Notes: generated by a model from the letters alone, not told the origin. A DNA stretch of 48,902 bases, filler included, from Streblomastix strix (GCA_008636045.1; 2 parts of 2 records of this genome joined end to end with filler, not necessarily neighbours in it), one strand, 5' to 3'; shown: positions 14,022 to 27,010, counted from the whole stretch's first letter. Program-made: numbers and translations.

Positions 14022-15179
14022 TTGAGATGATTTTTGAACAGAAAAGTTTCTAAATAATAAAAGAAAAGAAAAATAAAATATAAAAAAGAATATTTAAATA
14101 ATTGTTAGGTGAGTGAAATCAAAAATAAATATTATAATTAAATAAATAATGCTATAGTAAATAAAACAATCAATAAAATTTTAATAGAAAATGATAAAAT
14201 TTTAACTATATGATGGAATAAATGACAAAAGCAAAATAGAAATATTTTTAAATAATTTTCATTTTCAACTTTGCTTGTTGATAATTCTGAAAATTTTTAT
14301 TTAAATTACATTAAATATATTAAAATCAAAAAATTACTGGGGAAATTGAAATTTTATTATGTTATTCAGTTGATGGCAAGAAATAATTGAGTTTTTATGG
14401 AAAAAAATTCTTTATGCAAAAGAAAAGAAATAAAGCATAAATTTATAATACTTTAGTAAAGTTATTAAATTTGTATGCCGTTATATTGGATTAATTTATT
14501 AAGTTCCATCAAAATAATAACAGATATGGTAAAAATTTTTATTTAAAATTTGTTTATAATTTTTTTATAGTTTTGGCTAATTAAGTAATTAAAATGGATT
14601 AAATATTTGCAATAGACAAGCGCTAATCCATCAAAATGAATTTGGGGATGCCAACTCAACCACCCAGTGCCCGACTTACCCACCCATCCAAGAAAAATCG
14701 ACCCAAAATGAAAAAAATAAAATAAAATATCAAATTTTTTTTTAATGGTTCATATTTGATTAATAATATATTAAATGCATTTTAATATTTATGTATAATA
14801 TAGACCTGGGCAAAAGTGGAAATTTCAAAAATTAAATGGCAAACTGATTATATTTCAATGACAAAAAAGATTTTTTTCAGTTAGATTCAAATCCAAATAA
14901 ATGCGTTTTTTCAACATATTTTAAACTTTGTCATAATAACGTTATTGTTTTATAATTAGTATATACTATATAATATAACAAATATAAAGTATAGATATAG
15001 TTGAAATTAAAATAAATTTGTAAAGATTAATTTTTTTATTTATTTTCGCCCTTTAGCTTCGATGCATCATGTAAATATTATTTATATGTTATATTAATAT
15101 TAAACAATTATAATTTCATATCAAATAATGTAAGTTTAAAATACGATCTGATCCCATAATGGAATCATTTTCTAGAGCA

Positions 15180-15228
15180 AAAATGCCAAAATGCCAAAGT
15201 GGCAGCCACTTTGGCATTTTGGCATTTT
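15180..15228. repeat. Perfect 24-bp-arm palindrome with 1-nt spacer, built from AAAATGCC units
   Basis: AAAATGCCAAAATGCCAAAGTGGC-A-GCCACTTTGGCATTTTGGCATTTT. Confidence 0.95.
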
Positions 15229-15970
15229 GGCATTTTTCTTAATTCAGAAGGTATTTACAATGGAGACTTCTACATATAAGCATCTGCTGCTCCAAATAAC
15301 TAAAGACATAATTATTTCATTTTATATTCAAATTATTAAAGTTTTAATGAAATATATTAAACCGGATATCAAGCGCATGCGATTTTTTTTATTTCACTTC
15401 AATCACTATTATCAACTGAATTTTTGTATTTTTATTACCATTATTTTACACATACAAATAAATTCAAAATTATCTATTACTATAACTGCTTTTTTATATC
15501 ATAATCAAACCAAATTCAAATATTTTTAACAAAACCAATAAATTCTTATACTCCTACTTATTTTATTCCAATTTGTTAATATAATATAATTAATATATTT
15601 ATTTTATATTATTTTTATTTACATTTTCTTATTGTTGAATTTATTTTAAAAGACAAAAATGAGAATGAATTCTTTAGAATTTTTTAAAAATTTTTTTCAA
15701 TATTCCTATTTATCTCTTTTTATAATAATCAACATACATATTTATATTATTATATTTTTATTAGACATTTATAATATACGAGTAAATATGACAAAAGCTT
15801 ATTGTATACAACATGATGCGCTGAAACATTTCACGGTTTGACAAAGAATTATTTGTAACAGATATCGTCTGTAAATTCATATTAATATATTTTGAATATT
15901 ATTTTATAAATATTAATCAAATTTTGTTTTATTATTTAAATTTTTCATTATTATATTAAAACGATTATCG

Positions 15971-16477
15971 ATGAAATAACTGATCTTATTAATTTCTACT
16001 TCAATCAAAAGCAAACTTCGCATATATGGCCGAGAATAAAAAGCAGAAGAGCATTTGATAGGGGCAGACATTTGCTGGAGCTTCATTGAATATATTGTGA
16101 CAGAACATTCTGTAAACGAATTCAAAGTGATATCTTGAACTTCAAAATCAGAAGAATTGGAACAATTAAAATTAATCTTATTAGTAATAGCACTCTATTG
16201 CAAGCCTGTTGAGATGCGCAGCAAAGCTCCAACACTAGTTATTCCTGGAGACAAAGCAATATTCAACAAGAAAAACGTATAGGTACATGTAATCCATAGA
16301 AGATTTGTTTCTTGACATTCTAAATGGTCCCATTACTTGAGTTATAGAGATATCAAGCACATGGCATTATAAATAAACATTCCTGACAGATTCAAAATGG
16401 ATACTCACAAATTAATGAGATTTTTGATTCTCGCACAACATGCAAATTCAAAGAAACAAATACTAAGATCGATATGA
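15971..16477 (+). pseudogene. Degenerate ORF inside the TIR element, function unknown
   Basis: One frame reads MKQLILLISTS...ADICWSFIEYIV...KWSHYLSYRDIK...ILRSI* with two internal TGAs. Composition looks coding, but no family is recognised. Confidence 0.35.
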
Positions 16478-17254
16478 CAACAATTAAAGCTCCTGAACTG
16501 AATATGAAATCGTTCAAAATGAGAGACATTGTGAATGTTTTTATAATTTTCACATTAATTATTTAACTTAATTTTATATATTTTACATAATTTTATTAAT
16601 TTATATCATTCACTGTTAAATATTTAGTTTGAATTATAGTTAGTTTAAGCAAAATAAATAGTATTTTTTAAAGCACTGACAAATGAAATTTTTACTGACT
16701 GGCAGACAAAAATTGCCTTGTCAGCTTGCCACTTTTGCCCAGGCCTAGATTGAAAAAGCTCTTAACTGAAGAAAAGTAATATTGAGTGATATTTGATGCA
16801 CTATGGACTGAGGAATGTTTGCAGATGAGGAAATAATTATCTCGCTGTAAGATATCTATATAACAGATTTCAAAAATACTAAAATAATTTTAATGATAAG
16901 CTACTATTAATATCAAAACAATCACAATAAATTTAATTTATATTTCATTTATCTATTTCAGAATTTTCATTAAAAACTTACAATTCTGCTTCCATTTGAT
17001 TTAATATCGTAAAACCATATCAATTTATTATTATTTTAATTATATTGCTTTTAATATTATTTATTATTAGATATATTGAATGAACGGAAACAAAAGGGGG
17101 CGTTTGACAAAAAAATGAGCGATAAAAGTCTTTAACGATTCAAGAATTGGCCAGAAAGTGGCAGAGCCTGCAGCAAAGATTACCGGTGGTAAAATTATTG
17201 GTATTTAAGCAGCTATTAGTTTACCTAGCAGCATATATAGCAAATTAATGCTTG

Positions 17255-18113
17255 ATTAAAGTTAATACGAAATTTGATTTATCAGGATGAAGAATGACTG
17301 AAGAATATCTGAATGTGAAGATATTTGAATTGAGAGATAAAACATAAGAAGAAATCGATTCAGAATAGAAAGAAATAAAATATAATCACGATAAGAATAA
17401 TGTCAAATTATTAAAAAGAAATTCTCTAAAATCTCAAATTCCGCTAAAACATAAAAATGTTAATAAATAGCAAATCTCCAATAACTCATATCTCAAAATC
17501 AAATAGAATCTTCATAATTATGCAAATGAGATAATTTATCCTCCAGAAGATGAATCAAATGCTCCAATTTCAATTGAAGGCGAAATTCAAAGTGATTAAA
17601 TAGCAACATTTGAAATGAATGAATATAAATGGCTTAATTACAAAGAGAAAGTTTATGGAGTATTGATCTCAAATGACAGAAACATATTCACAGGAAGAGA
17701 TGGAATTGATATCTAAGACGATTCAAATGCAGCAGTTCAATTGGAAGTTATAATTGAAGAAGAATAAAAAGAAGGAAAAGAACTGCCAATTGGTATTATT
17801 GTGGATATTGCTGTTGGAGCATTGGCTATTGTTGCTGTGATAATAATAATCATTGTTGCTGTTTTCATATCAAAAAAAGTATTAAATATATTTTATTTTT
17901 TATATATAGATAATTAAATTCTTTGTAATTTTATTATATTCATTAATTTTATATTTATTCATATTATATACTCTTCAGAAGAAATCAAAGAAACCAGCAC
18001 CTTCTTATGGACCTGAAATGAGAGCGCGCAATTTGCCAATGGAAAACTAATACCCACAGAATAGTCATTCTCTTGATGCAGTGAACAAAGCGATGGAAGA
18101 CAACAATTGGTGA
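17255..18113 (+). pseudogene. 5'-truncated C-terminal fragment of a single-pass surface protein family
   Basis: KFDLSG*RMTEEYLNVKIFEL...YGVLISNDRNIFTG...TM helix LPIGIIVDIAVGALAIVAVIIIIIVAVFISKK. Intron 17879-17978; ends MEDNNW-TGA. In-frame TGA at 17288-17290; no large ectodomain upstream. Confidence 0.6.
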
Positions 18114-18388
18114 AGACTGAATTTCACATCAGTTACCGTGACACACATTTCATTCGAATTTACACATCATTTCAAGGAAAAAATAAAAGAGTTGAAGTCA
18201 AATTATTATTAGCAGAGATCAACTAAAACTAATTTTCTTTTTTTCCACACAAACAAAAACTAGTATTTATTACGTATAAACAACACTATCCTCATAATGA
18301 GTATTATATTAATCAAAAATATAATTCATAATTCTTCGCAAAACCAATAAAAAGGGCAGGGGCGTTGTAAAGTTCCCATATCGGCATT

Positions 18389-21300
18389 ATGGAAAACTGG
18401 GCGACGAAGGAAGAATTGCGCAACATCATGGAGAGCAGGAACTCTGCCTCATTTCGAGAGTATGGTGGAGTAGACAAAGTCTTTGCTCTCGTGCACAGCT
18501 CAAGAGACGGCCTTGAAGTTCATTCCCCTGATTTCGAAGAACGGGAAAAGCTGTTTGTGATAATAAATTTTTATTAAATATAAATTCTATGCCTATTTGT
18601 TTTGAAATATTAAATATTACTTTTTAGATTCGGAAAGAACCAATTTCCAGCACCAAAGACAAAAAATTTCTTCACACTATGGATAGAAGCATTTAATGAT
18701 CGAACTCTTGCTATTCTTATTGTTCTGGCTATTGCATCACTTATTGTTGCATTCACAATAGATAAAGATAAAAAATTTTCATGGATTGACGGCTTCGCAA
18801 TTCTTGCGACGGTGTTTGTTGTCACACTTGTCTCATCTTTCAATACATGGTCATAAGAGAAACAATTTCAGAGACTCAACGAAAGATAAAAAGAAAGAAC
18901 AATACTGCTTATCCGAGATGGTAAAACAGTCCAAGAATCCATTTTCAACATTAAAGTTGGTGATATCTTCGTTGTACAAGCAGGAGAAATACTCCCAGCC
19001 GACGGACTATGCATTGAGTCCAGCGACATCACATGCGATGAGGCGCCCATGACAGGCGAGAGCCATCTCATCAAGAAAGACACAGCGAAATGCCCGTTTA
19101 TGCTTTGCGGCTGCAAAGTCCAAACTGGCGTAGGTCTAATGCTTGTAATAGCTGTAGGTACCGAAACACAGTTCGGTTAGGTGAAGAAAGCCATCCTGGA
19201 GAGCGCACAAGAGCGCGAACCAACGCCTCTGCAGCAGAAACTAACTGGACTGGCAGACACGATTGGAAATTTGGGCTTTGTAGCTGCACTTTTCACTTTG
19301 TTCCTTCTGATAACTTTTTGGGGTTTTGCGCTCTTTATCAACCGCTCGCTCTGGGACCATGGTAAATACCTTCTTGTATTGATAGATTACTTCATAATTG
19401 CAGTTACTATTGTAGTTGTGGCTGTTCCAGAAGGACTTCCATTGGCAGTTACAATATCACTGGCATATTCAATGAAGAGGATGTTGAAGGATAACAACTT
19501 GGTATTATTATAGTTAATATATTATTATATTATTATTGTTATTAAAATTTATAACTAATATATTTTCATTAATATATTATCATTCTAAATATATTTTTAT
19601 AATTATTCTTATTATCGTATTACTCTATATTCAATTCTTCTTTAATTTTTATTACTATTTCCAGGTAAGAAGACTTGAATCATGCGAAACAATGGGAGGA
19701 GCAACAACAATCTGTTCTGATAAAACTGGAACACTCACTTAGAACCATATGCAAGTTATATCCGGATTCTTTGATGGATCATATAGGGTAAGTTTTGATG
19801 AGTAAAATATATAGGATGATAATAATAAATAGTTTACTGGATATGCAACAGTTAAATTGCAATCATAACTTAATCGTGGAATTACTGAACCATAAATTGA
19901 ATTGCAGAAGAAGAATCAATTATAAGAAGATGAAGAAAATAAACCCAAACCACTGCACAAAAGACAGCTTTCACTGAATTCACTATAAAAGAGAGCGATA
20001 TCAACAACCTATTTAGATCTGCTATGTGAATGCATCTCATTGAATTCAACATCCCATCTAAAAGAAGATAAAGGGTAAATTATGTACATAGGAAATGTTA
20101 CTGAATGCTCAATGCTGAGACTAACTAGGCAGTTTGGAAGGTCATATGATGAGATTAGGAAGAAGAATCTAATTCTATAAAGATTCCCTTTTACCTCAGA
20201 GAGGAAAAGAATGACTACAATAGTTGATATGGACGATAATATCGCTGTAATTACAAAAGGAGCTTCAGAAATCGTATCTGCGCTTTGCACACAGGTTGCG
20301 ATCACTTCAATTGATGGAACATCCCTCGAAACTAAGGAGATTGATGCCAATGAAAGAGTACTTATAACGAATTCTATACAAATGATGGCTGAATCTGGAC
20401 TCAGAACTATAGCGATCGCATATAAGGAGGTTTCTAAAGCCGATTTACACAACGGCGGGTGTAGAAATGGAGAATTGCCTTATCCAGACGAAATTGCGCC
20501 TGAAAATGAACTCACGCTCATCGGGATATGCGGAATCAAAGACCCACTACGACCCGAAGTTAAGAAAGCTATATCTGACTGCAAATCAGCGTAAATCACA
20601 GTTCGTATGATTACTGGAGATAATATAGTCACAGCGATGCACATTGCATAAGAAGCTGGTATTTTTAACCCCGAGAAAGATGCAGCGATTGAAGGCTCTG
20701 TTTTCAGAGAGTTGAAAGAGTAGGATCGGCTGAGATTGGTGCCTAGGCTGAAGATAATTGCTCGGTTTGTATATATAGATAATATAGATATTAATATGCT
20801 GACAAATAATATTTAATATGTTAATTAATAATATATATATATTATTAATTGGTTATTATTTATATTATATATATATAATAACAGTTCATCCCCAGTAGAT
20901 AAACATCTATTAGTATCTGATCTGTAGAAACTTGGTGATGTTGTAGCTGTTACTGGAGATGGAACTAATGATGCTCCTGCTCTTTCGAAAGCAGATGTAA
21001 GTTTCGCGATGGGAATTGCTGGTGTGATATTTATTTTATATTATTATCATTTAAATAATATTGATAATATATTAAATATTTTATTTTATTTAATTTATTT
21101 ATATTTATATAACAGGAACTGAAGTAGCAAAAGATGCAGCAGCCATTATAATAACCGATGACAACTTCGCTTCAATTGTCAAAGCTGTGATGTGGGGAAG
21201 AAATGTATATGATTCAATAAGGTATTTGAATTGATTAGAATAAAAAAATATATTTTTTATGTAATTTATATATTTATTCATTTATTCTTATTAATTTATT

Positions 21301-24300
21301 AATTAATTTTTATTCATATTAATTTATTTATTACATTTATCTACGAACCAACACAGAAAATTCATCCAATTCCAGCTCTCTGTGAACTTAGTGACCATCG
21401 CAATATCCGTTATTGGGGCCATTTTCGCAATAACACCTCTAACTGCAGTCCAGATGTTGTGGGTCAATCTAATAATGGACACTCTAGCTGCACTTGCATT
21501 AGCTACTGAAGTACCAACCCGCGATTTACTGAAAAGAGCGCCATATGGAAAAACTGATCCGATTATATGCGGAACGATGTGGAGGAACATTTTTGCTGGT
21601 TTTGTGTACCAGTTGAGTATTTTGAGCTTAATACTGTTTGCTTGGGGAAAAGATGGTCACCATAACAGCAAAACATGTCTTTTAGAACCTGGCGATTCAG
21701 TTCAGACATCAACTCTGTTGTTTCCCAATGGTCTATGCAGAGAATTCTTGCTTGATGATGATGTGATTGTTTTCACGAAGTAACACTTATCTTTCTTGTT
21801 CAACACATTCATATTCATGCAACTTGCTAATGAGATAGCATCACGTAGATGCTACAACGAAGTCAACTTCTTCCAGCAGATTTTCAAGTCAAAGCTGTTT
21901 TTGTTCGTGTTCTTCATCACAGCTATCTTCCAAGTTGCAATTATGGTAGTTCCATAACTTTCATTAATTTTCAACATCGTTCCAATCACACCGAAGCTAT
22001 GGAGGTATTCAATTGGACTCGCTTTCGGAATCATACCTTTCCAAATGCTAATAAGGAAGATATTCAAATTACAGTTACCTTTTGGAAAGAAAGCTTAACT
22101 AGAAGGAGAAGAATAAGAATAAGAAGAGGACTTGGGTGTTCCAGCTGGAGTTTACACACTAACAGGCGTAAAGCCAAAAGGCTGTGAAATCGACATTACA
22201 AACGCACAGCAGATAGTCTCCAGAAACGCTGTTGATCGTTAAGGAGTCGATCCAGTTGCTGCAGAAGCTGTTACTATAAGATTGATACAACCCACAATTA
22301 CAGGTTAATTATAGTAATAAGGTGATGGTCAATAATTAGCCAAAATGTATCGAGTTGTGGAATAAGCTTATCATCAGAGACTTAGAGCACTTAGAGCCAG
22401 GGGTCCTGTTTTCGCACAGCAGAGAACAATACTACTGGAGAGCTACATATCAGCTGAATACTCACGCGAGATGATCGTTGAAAGGAGAATTAAAAGGCCT
22501 TCTGCTCTTCCGTAGAAGGAGATGCAAGCTCTGATGTAGAAATGGAGATCATTGGCAAAATTGGGTGGGACAAGACTTAGGAGAATTATAGCTAAGAAAG
22601 AAGCTGAAGATCAATTGAAATAATAAGAGCTATAACAGAAGAAAGGATGGCTTCAGAGAACTCTGACTTACATATCTGGAGTAAAAGATGATATAAAAGA
22701 GTAGATCATAGTTGCGTAGAGAGAATTATATGATAAGAAAACATTGGAGAAATTATTGGGTAGAGGAAAAGAAAAAGAGAAAGAAAAAGATAATGAAGAA
22801 TAAGATAAAGATTAAGGTCAAATAAAAGAAAGAGGATTTGGATTCCAGCTCTAAAATGAAGGATAGGATTCAACTGAAGATATGAAACCACTTCTTTTAC
22901 ATACATTAGTGAATTATGATGATAATGGAAATCCAATAACTGTAGTAAATACATCTGAATTAAATGATGAGAAGAATCTAAGCAAGAAAGAGATTGAAAA
23001 AAGGAAGAAAGATGCAGAAAAGAAAATAAAAGAAGAAGAGAAGAAGAAAAAGAAGGAAGAAGACAGAATTAAAAAAGAAGAACTGAAATTGAAGAAAGAA
23101 TAAGAAAAATAGAAGAAAATTGATGAATAATTGTAATAAGAAGCAGAGAAAAGGAAATAAAAAGAAGAAGAAATCAGATTAAGGAAAGAAGAAGAGTAAA
23201 GAAAAGAGATTGAACTTTAATAGCTTTAATAGTAATAATTAGAATAAGAAAAAGAAGAATAATAATAATAGGAATAAGAGTAAGAGTAAGTTAAAGAAAG
23301 AGGAAGATTTAATTTATTATAGTAAGAGTAAGAATTATAAGAACCTGTTAGAGAAAGAGGTGGGTTTAGTTTATAAAATTAAGATTAAGAATAGGATATA
23401 GAACCAGTTAAAGAAAGAGGAGGATTTAGTTTATAAGAGGAATAACCGTAAGAAGATATCAAGGTTATTGATCGTGGCGAAGTATATTAAAGATATCTTG
23501 ATTAGAAGAAAAAAGAAGAAGAAGAATAATAATATTAAGAACCTATTAAAGAAAGAGGTGGATTCACTTTATAAGATTAAGATTAAGAATAAAAACCAGA
23601 TGAAGAAGAAGATATTTAAGTGATTGATCGTGGTGAAGTTTATTAGCGATATCTCGATTAGAAGAAAGAAGAAGAAGAAGAAAAAGAACAATAATAAGAT
23701 CCTGCAGTTGTTTCTAGAGAATTCAAACCTGCAGAAACAGAATAAGAATAAGATATAGAACCAGTTAAAGAAAGAGGAGGATTTAGTTTATAAGATAAAG
23801 ATTAAGAATAAAAACCAGATGATGAAGAAGATATTAAGGTTATTGATCGTGGCGAAGTATATTAGAGATATCTTGACTAGATTAAAAAAGAAGAAGAAGA
23901 AAAAGAACAATAATAAGATCCTGCAGTTGTTACCAGAGAATTTAAACCGGAAATTACTGAATAAGAATAAGAATAATAAGAACCAATTAAAGAAAGAGGT
24001 GGATTTAGTTTATAAGAGGAATAGCCATAAGAAGAAGAAGAAATAAAAATTATTGATCGTGGCGAAGTATATTAAAGATATCTTGATTAAAAGAAATAAG
24101 AAGAAGAACTACCATAAGAAGATTCACATGAAGATCATTCGATTGTTGCTAGAGGATTTCCACCACCTATTAAATAAGAAAAAGAAGATTATTAACATGT
24201 TAAAGGAAAAGTTTTAATAATATTATAAAAACTAACTAATATTCCAGCTAGTGATATTAATGGCAAATCTGATCCATATGTAATATTTAAATTGGGTGAT

Positions 24301-24434
24301 TAAGAACATAAAAGTAAAACAATAAGCAATTCACTTAATCCTGAATATAATGAAAGTTTTGAATTTAGATATGATCCTGATGCAACAACTGAAAAATAAC
24401 TGAGAATTGAAGTTTATGATTATGATAGATTAAA
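18389..24434 (+). CDS. P-type Ca2+-ATPase, PMCA/type IIB, with very long C-terminal extension ending in a C2 domain (3' end lost in gap)
   Basis: Motifs [87 protein letters not shown]. Introns 18553-18627, 19502-19664, 20765-20884, 21022-21115, 21222-21356. The last exon has no TGA from 21357 to the gap. Confidence 0.95.
23290..24110 (+). repeat. Coding composite repeats in the PMCA tail: EP(V/I)(K/R)ERGGF(S/T)LQ x5, IDRGEVYQRYLDQ x4, QQQDPAVV(S/T)REFKP x2
   Basis: Read directly from in-frame translation. Confidence 0.9.
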
Positions 24435-24534
24435 NNNNNNNNNNNNNNNNNNNNNNNNNNNNNNNNNNNNNNNNNNNNTTAATTAATTAANNNNNNNNNN
24501 NNNNNNNNNNNNNNNNNNNNNNNNNNNNNNNNNN
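24435..24534. other. Artificial contig-joining spacer (44 N + TTAATTAATTAA + 44 N)
   Basis: Exactly 100 nt and symmetrical; the core gives standard-code stops in all six frames. Confidence 0.95.
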
Positions 24535-24660
24535 GCGGCATTCCTCATGGACCAAGAGTTGATCAAGGAAGGAGGATACTAACAGAATTTTTAGATAACA
24601 TAAACATGACCAAAGAGACCCAAAAGATGATAATAGAGGGATAGAAATTCAATACTTAAA
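24535..24660 (+). mobile_element. Possible short relic of a DIRS-like (tyrosine-recombinase) retrotransposon
   Basis: Overlapping frames AAFLMDQELIKEGGY and GRRILTEFLDNINMTKETQKMIIEGQKFNTQ resemble, from memory only, the pol/recombinase ORF junction of such elements. No catalytic motif is visible. Confidence 0.35.
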
Positions 24661-24862
24661 ATTTAGTTAGTATAAATTTAATTAATAAAAATAAATAATA
24701 AATCCGGAAAAATGTGCAACAGATAAAAAGTTAAAAAAATCAAATTTAGAGCATGAAACTGTCAGCTGCATTTTCTTTTTTACATGAAGTTATTTTTGAT
24801 TCATATTCCAATTTTAGAATCGATACATATCATTATTATGATTTTTCCAAATATTGAATAAT

Positions 24863-25550
24863 ATGGCAACTAAACTATCGCGTAGCAACAACTTTTAAGC
24901 ACTTTCCAATTTTCTCAATGATTAGATCACAAGATCAAAATTCATTATTATTTATAAATTATTTTATATTCATTTATCAGGTAATGATAATGATTAATTG
25001 AAGTTGTTGTGCAGTAGTAGAGCAATTCTACCAAAAACATTAGATTTTTCATTATTTCCTAATTTTTGTCTCTTATAGTAATATTTTTAATTGAAATATA
25101 AAATTTATTTATTTATTTTATAATAATTTATTCATTCAGCAAATTTGAACGCACTTAGAATTGCGAATAGAACAATACATCGCTGAAAATCCAAGATCAG
25201 ACAAATCTACCGATTCCAGCAAGCGTTGTTTGTTATTTTTCATTTTAATGTTAATTGCATGTATAAATTGCTTATTACATTTTAATTTTATATTTAAAAT
25301 AACAAATTAGAAAATTGAAGAAAGTGCTAATGATGAAATTGATTATTTGCCTTATTCTCAAAGGTATATAGATATTTAGAGTAAAAATTTTTTTTAAAAC
25401 TAATATTTACATATATACTAATTAAATTTAATGAAATACATTATTAAATTTATTTTTAATTATTATCATTCCTTCTTTTTTATTTTTTTCAAGAAAATTT
25501 CTAAAAAAGATGAAGCTCGCAGACAAATGGATGATTCCGCCCAAAGATGA
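24863..25550 (+). pseudogene. Small multi-exon gene remnant
   Basis: Short coding-like blocks with GT..AG boundaries (LELRIEQYIAENP; KIEESANDEIDYLPYSQ; KKDEARRQMDDSAQR-TGA). No clean continuous model could be built. Confidence 0.3.
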
Positions 25551-26695
25551 TATCTTCTGTTTTATTTGCTAAAATTATTTAAAATAAATTTATTAACAAT
25601 TTTCATAAATATAAAAATCATAATTTTGCTTAATTGAAAAAATGTAAAAAATAAAAATTTCATTTTTTATGCCTCAAAAATGCATTATAAATTTAACATT
25701 TTTATTCATATTAAATAATATAAATATTTTAGTTATAATTATTACAAATTTCTTTATTTTTCACGGCAAGGGCAAACACAATCAGCCATTTTTAATTTTT
25801 TTAGATTTTTGCATCATACAACGATTCATACGTTTTTCTTTTGATAATTTAGTTTAATAAATATTATTTTACACTTGGTTTTATGACTATATATATTTTT
25901 TGTTATAAATGTTACACGCAATTTGCAAAAAAAATGAAGAAACGTTTTTAAACATCGAAAGATTACAATTTTTTTTGATTATTTATTATAAAATAACTAA
26001 TATTTAAAATAGTATAAAATTAATAAAAAAAAACAATAAATGTTTTTGAAATAATCGTAAAAATTAAAAAATTTAAAAAATCGAATTTCTGCCTCATTTG
26101 CCGCGAAAAAAATATAATATTTTACGTTAAATTTGACTGAAAATAAAATTAAATAAAAATTAAATTAATATTTACAAAAATTCAATCAAATTTAAGAAAA
26201 AATTCGGAATTATATTTTTTGCACTTTTTTCTAAATATGCAAAATTAAGTTTTTTATATTTACGAAAATTATTTTTAAAATTATTTTAAATAATTTTATA
26301 TAAAAAAATTTGCAATGTTGCTCGAGGGCGGAACCTTCCAAATATAAAGAAAATGTGGTACGAATAAAATGGTCCCCCCCTCTGGGAATCATTTTTAAAT
26401 TTGCAAAATGATTGATTACTCTTCATTTCATTTCTCTATTTAATTTTTTTATGTTTTGCTGCGCTTATTACCACCCACACAAGAATTTTTAAATTTTTTA
26501 ATACACATTTTTAATTCATAATCATGATCATAGATTTAATTTATTATATTTTTACCATTTTTAAAGCCTAGATCAGTATTTCACATTTTTTTCAATATCT
26601 CAAATTGAACGAAAATGTGGTCTGGAATGATAATTAGACATTATTAATTTATTATGGAAAAGATAATTACAGTACGAATACGAAGAGGATCAAAC

Positions 26696-27010
26696 TCACC
26701 AATTAAACCACCACGGTCTTGTGCTGTTAATATCATTATAATAGTTCAATATTTATCCGCTGGTTGATTTGGAAATATATATGATATTTCTCCCTTTACT
26801 TAATTAATTATGCATCAACTTCTTCACTTCCACCTTCTTCCTCTATTTGCTCTTCTGATCTTTTTGCAAATAAAGAATGGGTTAGGAAGTACTATTTGAA
26901 TTGATCAACACTCCAGTTTATATTAAACTCACAAGTTCATATTGCTCTGTTTCATCACCTTGACAATGGATACGCCAAATGCATTCTCTGCTTTTCTTTC
27001 CAAATGCAAA
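26696..27010 (-). pseudogene. Fragment of a helical/ARM-like repeat protein C-terminus with internal frameshift
   Basis: ECIWRIHCQGDETEQYELV in one frame, then LFAKRSEEQIEEEGGSEEVDAQLINKG...RPWWFNW-TGA in another frame. Confidence 0.5.

Larger units (their letters stand above)
14801..16747. mobile_element. Putative non-autonomous or decayed TIR DNA transposon (~1.95 kb)
   Basis: 19-bp inverted ends TAGACCTGGGCAAAAGTGG (14801-14819) and reverse-complement TAGGCCTGGGCAAAAGTGG (16729-16747), 1 mismatch. Subterminal motif TGGCAA(A/G)CTGA at both ends. Confidence 0.7.

Noticed and set aside
14641..14710. GC-rich patch as an RNA gene or transposon end (similar patches at 26320-26390 and 27838-27915)
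   Set aside because: No tRNA/snRNA fold recognised and no partner inverted repeat found in the window.
15191..15529. 112-aa ORF starting in the palindrome
   Set aside because: Intergenic-like AT-rich composition; the start arises from the ATGCC repeats.
23290..24110. Interspersed repeats as a CRISPR-like array
   Set aside because: They are in-frame coding repeats with synonymous variation in a eukaryotic gene; no cas genes.
24435..24534. TTAATTAATTAA palindrome between N runs as a biological site
   Set aside because: Symmetrical 100-nt artificial spacer. The two halves of the window may not be adjacent in the genome.
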